This document shows, in pieces, positions 52,118-59,387 of a stretch of DNA of 59,387 nucleotides (the stretch's first letter is position 1; every line of letters starts with the position of its first letter). The notes beneath the pieces are model-generated. The model did not search any database, was not told where the DNA came from, and saw only the letters and a list, made by a program, of their open reading frames with translations. The translations under genes and the position numbers were made by a program. Location: positions 62,001-121,387 of the forward strand of contig CAJNYD010000201.1 in NCBI GenBank assembly GCA_905331295.1, in the 5' to 3' direction. This DNA is from Rotaria socialis. Taxonomy: Eukaryota.

Positions 52118-55100
52118 ATGAGTGTAACTCCAGGTCTTGGTGTTTTCAATAAAGATAAAGTAGCCAATAAATTTGGTATACAGTTAAAAGCTAAAGAAGT
52201 ATTACAACAGCCCTCAACTCCATTAACAGCAAAGAAAATAGCAACATCAAGAACATCCTGTGTGCCAAAAAATAAAACAATCAGTGACTTTCGTACAGAC
52301 AATAATGTCAATGAATTTCTATCCAATACAAACCCTACTTCGACATCGAGCATATCAGAAGCAACAAGAAAACATTCTGAAAAACCTACAACAAATAAAC
52401 CTAGCTTGGGACCTGTGAATACATCTGTACGCCATGAACAATCTCATTCTTTGAATACAAATACCAATCATTCCACTGAAAAATCAACAGAATCTTTACC
52501 AGCGAAGCCTTTCGAAATATCAAAAAAGAAAATGATCACATCAACTGAACAAGCTGTTTCACCGGCACTACCCGTTAAGCAATCATCTGTACTTGCAACA
52601 CATCAAAAAACGGAGGCTCAAATTCAACATCAAAAAGATCAACCATTATATAAAAGACAATTATCAAAAACATTAGACAATAATTCTTCGCCTATTAATA
52701 AGTCTACTACAGCAACAGCAGCAGCAGCAGCAGCAGCAACAACAACAAATGCATTAGCCACTTCATTGAAACGGTAAGAGAACAGAATATTTCTTTTTAA
52801 AGATTCTATAAATAGCAAATTCTTTTTGAAAATATGAAAAGGAATCTTATTGTTTTGTTTTCTTTCGTAAATGCTGTAATTGGATTGCACGGATTGCAAC
52901 ATTTTATTCTAAAATGCGTAAATTCATCTGTGCACATTGAAAAATTATCAATAGAAACGTGAACTTCGTAATTGAGATAGAAAAGAAAATATATATATAT
53001 ATATATATATATTCATCATACATCCACAATTATTCATCGCCATCTAACTTATATTTCGATCATGTGATTTGCTTTTATGCATTCCTAGAAAATCTATCCG
53101 TACGATATGTCCGTGTGTCTGTCGTCGATGTACATACAATACCCATATTCTCCTTCTGGTTCTTTTTCTTTGCATACGTGTAATATGATGCGATCTAACA
53201 TATTGTTTTTCTCTGATTTTTGTTTCTTCATCGCAATCAACTTGAAAAAGAAAAGAAAATGATAATTATAAGACGTCTCGACATGAGGGAAGAAATGAGC
53301 TTCATTCGATTGCTCGTCATAATTTTGAGAAAAGCCTTGGCCTTGGTGTACAATTTTTATATAATAATACGACCTTTATTGGCGAGCGCTTACCAGTACA
53401 CTTGCATCTAATGACTCACATTAGAGCAAATCTACGTTTCAAATGTACAAAAAGAAAAACTTGCGTCAAGAAGACAAAAAAAACCGAAGGACACACCTAG
53501 ACGTACTAAAAGGCTTTTACTTTAGACAAATCCAAATCAGCTGGTTTGATACAGAAATCATCTGCAATTTTTCAAATAAACAGTTTTGGCTATTATTAAA
53601 TTAAAGAACTTATTATTCTTTATCTACTAAATCAAATTAAGGGATCAATGTCTTATTTAATAATAATACTTCTCGCTTATTTACGTTCTGTTTTTGTAGA
53701 AAATTATCATCATTATCGAATTTTCTTTCTTTTTTTCTTCTTCTTCTATCGTTTCTTTCCGTTCTTCATCAAAACCTACGTATACGACTGATTTCTCCTT
53801 CAAATAAAACGGCAACTATACCTTTGTACAGTAAGCGTGTCAGGTTGAAGTTGAAATACATAGCCATACATGTGCATTATGTTACGTATCTTTTCGTTTT
53901 GATAATATTTTACTATTATTATTATTATTATTATTATTACTATTGTCGTCACATAGTTGATGATATTGGCTATTCAATCTGGTGCCTCATCTATTGTGGT
54001 TGTAAGGATTGTTTTCACTCTGTATTACGGATACAAACTTTTAAAAAAAGGACGGCTAGAAAATAGTTTTAGAAAATGTCATCATCAACGTTTACCCAAC
54101 AGAGATGGACATCCGTCGATGATTTGACGACGAAGGACAACAATAACAAAAATATGACTTCATTTTTTTTGCAAGCATCATTATTATCAGATTCCAATAC
54201 ATTTACATTTACATCTCGACCTTCACAATCATTAGTCTCACTAGTGAAACCATCATCATCATCATCATCATCTCCATCACCTTCATCTGGCTTTCATGAT
54301 AATGGTCGTTCTGAACAAACAAAACCAATTTCATCTCGTGTTGCTAATATTATTCATCAATTCGAAGCGCATAGTTTATCATCAATGAATCATAAGCCAA
54401 GTAAGCTATCGCCGCCAGCTCGTATTTCTGTAAAAAAACTATTCGAAGGAAATTCTTCACAAAATTCACCTGTTGTTATTGCTGCTGATGTGGAAACTTC
54501 TTCTACTTGCATTCCATTCAATTCTAAAAAAGCAAATAAACCACAACCAATCATCGTCTATGAAACAGTAGCCCATAATGATAGATCACATAATCCTGAA
54601 TCAAACTCTCCAGTCATTACTCCAGACAATTCTTCAAGGAAAATTTCTTCTCAAAATTTAACAATGTCTCAACAAAATATTGAAAGTGATACTGATTCTG
54701 CTATACATACAATGCCTGCTGTAATGAAAAACGATACGAATTATTCAGCTACAATATCACGTTCAAGTACAACTGATTCAACTTGCTCATCGTTGTCTTT
54801 ATCCGATTCTTCAAGTCGGCCACATTTTGATCTTTCTACTAGCTTTTCAGCAAAAAAACAGCATGATCTTGATTTAAATTTAAGATATTCTCAACAAGGC
54901 TGTTCTTTGTCACCATCACCTGCAAGAAGAACAACTTTCACAAAAATAATACCATCAGCAGTAACTTATGAAGACAATGAAAATCTTCAATCCTCAAAAT
55001 TACATTCACTCACTACACGTTTTTGTTCATCTGAACTAAACATAGCTGATCAATATCGTCAATTTTTATCTTCAGATACTATTCAATCAGATTTGAATTT

Positions 55101-55223
55101 ATCTGAAAATTCCACAAAAAAATTCTTCATTAATACAAATTTCCCACTAAAATACAAAAGGGATTCATTTATTCGACTATATGGGTAATCTATACATGTA
55201 CAACTAATATATTACTTTATTAA

Positions 55224-55266
<43 letters not shown>

Positions 55267-56914
55267 TATCAATTTTATCATTCTCTTTTATCTTGTTCAA
55301 GTCTTAGAAATTTTTGATTATTTCGAAAATATTTGATTAGAAAATATAATAATTCGTCCATTTATTATTTAGGCCTGATGCTTTACTAGAACATGGTCCC
55401 CATACATCTCATGATGTCGTACTTGAAGAAGGTATTTAAAAGGATTATCTTTAAAAATGTATTTTTTATTTAAATACTATTTATTTAAACACTATAGATA
55501 TTGATCCACCATTTAAACCACGTATTGTTACAGTACAAAAGAATAAATCCGTTACAGATCAATACGAACTTCTGGAATTTCTTGGAAGGTAATTTTAATT
55601 TTTTTCCCTTTATTACTAAAATTGGTCATGAAATTTAGAGGGAAATTTGGCGAAGTAAAAAAATGTCGCGAGCGATCAACAAAACATTTATTGGCTGCAA
55701 AATTTCTACAAATCAATCGAGAAACAGATCGCACTGAAGCATTTAATGAAATTGAAATAATGAAAGCCCTTCAACATCCACGACTTCTACAACTTTATGA
55801 TGCGTTTGAAACAAAATCAGATATTTGCCTTATTATGGAATTGTAAATATATATTCTTATATTTTTTTTAAGTAACAAGAACATTTTTCTTTCTTTTTCT
55901 CTGTTTAAGAATTACTGGTGGTGAATTATTTGAGCGTGTCATTGATGAAGATTTTATATTAACTGAACGTCTTTGTGAATTATATATGATGCAAATATGT
56001 GAAGGAGTCAATTTTATGCATTCATGTAATATTATTCATCTTGATATGAAGGTTGTAGAGTTCATTTTTTGTTTTATTTTTGAGGTTTATTAATTTTTAT
56101 ATTATTTAGCCGGAAAATGTTTTATGTTTAAATCGTGATGGTCACCGAATAAAAATCATTGATTTTGGACTTGCTCGAAAATTCGACCCAGATAAACAAC
56201 TTAAAGTACTATTTGGTACGCCTGAGTTTGTTGCACCAGAAGTTATTAATTTTGATCGAATCGGATTTGGCACTGATATGTGGTAAGTTATACAGTCAGC
56301 ACACGCTTTTTCAACTATTCGTTTTTACGTTCGTTTATTCTCAGGTCTGTTGGAGTAATTTGTTATGTTTTGTAAGTAATTGAATAAAAAAAATGGAAAA
56401 TTATGCAAAAAAAAGAAAAAATTCTATTTAGATTATCAGGCTTAAGTCCATTTATGGGCGAAAATGACAATGATACATACACAAATATAAATCGAGTTAA
56501 TTTTGATTTTGATGATGAAGCATTTACTGATATATCAGATGAAGCAAAAGATTTCATTTCAAAATTACTTCTAAAAAATAAAGAGTATCAATATTTTCAG
56601 GAAATATTGTCAGAAAATAAAAATATGTGTTTCTTTCTACTTTTCTATTGTATAGTGAACGTCTTCTAGCTAAAGATTGTCTTGCTCACCCCTGGTTAAC
56701 TCGTCGACCAAAATTAGCCTCAACTCCTAGTGATGAAGAAACAGCTGAAAAGAAATTATCAACAAAAAAGTTACGTAGATTTGTTATAAGACGACGTTGG
56801 CAGGTTAATAAATTTACGTTTACAAATATTAATTTTAATATAAACTTAAAACTTCCTATTTAGAAAGCGGTTAATGCTTTATTAGCATTGAAACGTATGG
56901 GAATGACATTATGA
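52118..56914 (+). CDS. MYLK: Myosin light chain kinase-like Ser/Thr kinase (CaMK group). Alternative first exons 52118-52773 or 54076-55184 splice to shared exons from 55373
   Basis: LGRGKFGEVKKC, LAAKF, NEIEIMKALQHPRLLQLYDAFE, ITGGELFERVIDEDFILTE, IIHLDMKPEN, IKIIDFGLARK, VLFGTPEFVAPEV, LLSGLSPFMGENDNDTY, and the calmodulin-binding tail KKLRRFVIRRRWQKAVNALLALKRM. Stop at 56912-56914. Confidence 0.92.
53911..53943. repeat. (TAT/TAC)n microsatellite
   Basis: Run of tactattattattattattattattattactat. Confidence 0.9.
55224..55265. repeat. (AAT)n microsatellite in an MLCK intron
   Basis: About 14 tandem AAT units. Confidence 0.92.
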
Positions 56915-58473
56915 AAATACCACGACTCAATTTACTATTTTTTACTCTCCTATTACTCGCACAATATTTTATATTCGAGTCGCGCGTCTTTCACAAAGAA
57001 ACATTGCTTTTCCTGTTTGTTTTTTTTATTTTTATTTTTATTATTATTTAATTTTTTTTTCGCTGTTACTACCTGTGGTTCAATTCAATTTGTACGCCTA
57101 GAGAGTAGTGCGTGTGTATGAGACAGCGAGAGTTCAATGTTCGTGTGTACATTATTATAACTATTCTTACTTCTGCTATCAGAAACAATGAAATATACGG
57201 GAAAAAAACGAAATCTAACCAGCCTTTTAAATATCTCATGTACTTCTTTTTCTTCATAAAATCAATAATTTCTAGAACTAACTGATGAATATACATGTAT
57301 ATTCAATTTTTTCAGCAAATTTCGCTCGAATAGTATTTCATATAGGAAATGCTTGCTCATATTTGGGAACTATACTTAAAACCATTTTACCTGATCGTGC
57401 AAATTTTATTACTTGCTTCATTAATATCTAATATTACAACAAGCAATCGATAATTACCGAATGATGCCATACATTTCAAGTTTCTAATTATTTATTAAGC
57501 AGAGTACTTTCAGAATAATTCGATATTGATATTGTTAGGTCCTTTCCCCGTTTTCTTTATTATTCTTATTCCTTTCTTTTCAAAACCAAACAAGCGAATG
57601 AATCTACAAACAAGAAAAACAACAAAGAATGTAATTCTCTCTCTGTCTCTTATTCCATTCTTTATCGTCCGTTATCCATGATGAAAGAGCCATTGAAAAA
57701 GAGGAGTAAGAATGCCATTGATGTACAGTGATGATATCATACCAGCATGGAGTCTCCTTATGTCAGGAGAGATATCTCCTGACATAACACTTCCCCCCGT
57801 CACAAGAATTGTATAGAAAATGAAGAAAATGTTGCACGAAGTTGAAGCAAAGATTCGATCAGCCTATTACTAATACGCTGTAATTGACGTAAATAGATGT
57901 TCATAAATGAAAAATGGAAAAAACAAAGTTGACCAAAGTAATGAATAAACGTTGTTGAAGGAAATCCAAGTGTTTAGAATTCTTGTGCATTTGGTAAAAT
58001 GAACAAAGCCACCATATCTGCTAGATTTTGATGGACATTCCAATAAAAAGATAGGCGAACGTCAATACAAATGAAGATGGGCGAATATTTTTTGTAAATA
58101 CCGTGTTCGAATTCCAATGGTCCGTTCCATTTGAGCAGGGAGAAATGTCATTCCACCTACTATACCGATGATTAACTTGGTTTATTAGGGTACAGCTAAA
58201 GTTCTTAACCAGTCAAAGTAATTCTTAGTATTTAGTCTCATATTATTAATTAAATAAGGAGTTTTTCTATGATAATAAAGAAGTATATAACGAACGATAC
58301 TTCTAAACACCATACTAAAAAATAGAAGAGTGATAAAATTTATGCCAGACGAGACTATTTGAGTAATATTGGATTGTAGTGAATGTTTTGAGTGAATTGT
58401 ATTTAGTTTTAGTGAAACGATTATAGTATCGAGCTGACTAGAGTCAGAATAAAAATCGACAATAATATTGTGC

Positions 58474-59271
58474 TTACACTACTTCTTCGTTGAATAATGG
58501 TTTCTGCTTCCGTAGTGTTTCGGGTTTACACATAGCTGTTTGCAAGAGCAATATCATTTCATTCGATTGGTGAACGAATAATGACGAGACACACTCACAG
58601 ACGCAGGACAGTTGTGGAGGCGAATCTTCGACAATGTTGAACGTCGAACTGGGTACCATTTTATTTTTCTTGAGTGCAATAAACTGATTGCATTGTGGCC
58701 GTTCATCATGTATGAACCACGATTCGTTACCTTCAGGCCACTCAGTTTCATAATTTTCATCAACATATTTCAGTAAAACAGTACTAAATAAAACATTTTC
58801 ATGCAATTCTATTAATTCTTCTTTACGTTTCTGATTTGCTATATAATCAAGTATATGTTGAGAATGAAGGCGACGATGGTTAAGTAAAAATGTCTCGTAA
58901 GATGGGCTATCTTCCGCTGGATAGATATCATCAAGTTCAATCATGACAGAATCATCATAACATGCTATCGTTTCAATCAGCACGGGCACACATTGATTTA
59001 CTTGAGACACAATATCTTCCGTGAGTAATGTTGGTGCAAACTCTTTTGTGAATTCTTGAATAAATACTGGCCATGAATCTAAGACGAACAAATTTTCGAA
59101 GAGCCATCTTCTCGCACAACCGTTTATAAACCCCGATATAATCAATATTTTGTGATCATCAGTGAATTCAGCACAATTTAAGCCATCTGTAATATCGGTC
59201 AGCCACTGAACAACGTCTTCGTTTTCGTTACCACTGAATGTTGGTAATGTTTTCAAATGATTTGAGAGCAT
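58474..59271 (-). CDS. gag: Retrotransposon Gag (capsid-like) protein with a divergent C-terminus
   Basis: LPTFSGNENEDVVQWL..D..KILIISGFINGCARRWL....SWPVFIQEFTKEF matches the Ty3/gypsy Gag capsid pattern (FSG..W; L.G.A..W; W..F...F...F). No CCHC knuckle, protease, RT or integrase is seen. Confidence 0.8.
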   Translation of the reverse strand: MLSNHLKTLPTFSGNENEDVVQWLTDITDGLNCAEFTDDHKILIISGFINGCARRWLFENLFVLDSWPVFIQEFTKEFAPTLLTEDIVSQVNQCVPVLIETIACYDDSVMIELDDIYPAEDSPSYETFLLNHRRLHSQHILDYIANQKRKEELIELHENVLFSTVLLKYVDENYETEWPEGNESWFIHDERPQCNQFIALKKNKMVPSSTFNIVEDSPPQLSCVCECVSSLFVHQSNEMILLLQTAMCKPETLRKQKPLFNEEVV

Positions 59272-59364
59272 ACTACCAATAAGTTTCTTAGTTATCTTCT
59301 TTTTTTTTCAATTTCAAAACGTTTAATTCGTCTATTTCTTTATAATTCATATACACAATCAACA

Positions 59365-59379
59365 CCGGCCAGTGCACCA
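59365..59379 (-). other. Primer-binding site complementary to the tRNA-Gly 3' end
   Basis: The plus strand reads CCGGCCAGTGCACCA, which closely resembles the animal tRNA-Gly(GCC) 3' end as I recall it (CCGGCCAATGCA-CCA). It lies 3 nt inside the LTR end. Confidence 0.8.
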
Positions 59380-59387
59380 AATTGTTA

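Larger units (their letters stand above)
57533..59387 (-). mobile_element. Non-autonomous gag-only LTR retroelement (Ty3/gypsy-like); 3' LTR 57789-57533; 5' LTR cut by the window edge
   Basis: On the minus strand, in order: end of the 5' LTR (TAACA, 59387-59383); PBS TGGTGCACTGGCCGG (59379-59365); gag-like ORF; polypurine tract GGGGGGAAG; then a 257-bp LTR TGTTA...TAACA containing AATAAA. Confidence 0.85.

Noticed and set aside
53824..54066. Poly-Tyr ORF
   Set aside because: It is the translation of a (TAT)n microsatellite.

Overview
AT-rich eukaryotic genomic DNA with many short (about 50-75 nt) GT-AG introns, ordinary animal genes and several microbial-type genes. This combination is most consistent with a bdelloid rotifer, which is an inference and not proven. 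Left (1-17 kb): the 3' part of a GH78 alpha-L-rhamnosidase, an ascorbate-oxidase/laccase-type multicopper oxidase, an ADP-ribosylglycohydrolase with a predicted MGCG lipid-anchor N-terminus, an SFRP and an FG-GAP repeat protein. Centre (17-42 kb): a three-gene TIR cluster. Two multi-exon paralogues sit head-to-head (25371-17271 minus; 28265-37299 plus) with the architecture SAM - PARP14-like KH-type repeats - Macro - KH-type - TIR - conserved tail. The minus copy keeps the TIR catalytic Glu and a recognisable Macro domain; the plus copy has Ala at that position and an eroded Macro. An ARM-like/TIR gene follows directly. This is the best candidate for an undescribed NAD+/ADP-ribose innate-immune system. 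Right (43-57 kb): TMEM222, an A1CF/RBM47-family RRM gene with a candidate poison micro-exon, and a myosin light chain kinase with two alternative first exons. The window ends in a gag-only LTR retroelement with a tRNA-Gly primer-binding site. Several MITEs and a non-autonomous Helitron lie in introns and intergenic DNA. All exon models were built by eye and no database searches were run.
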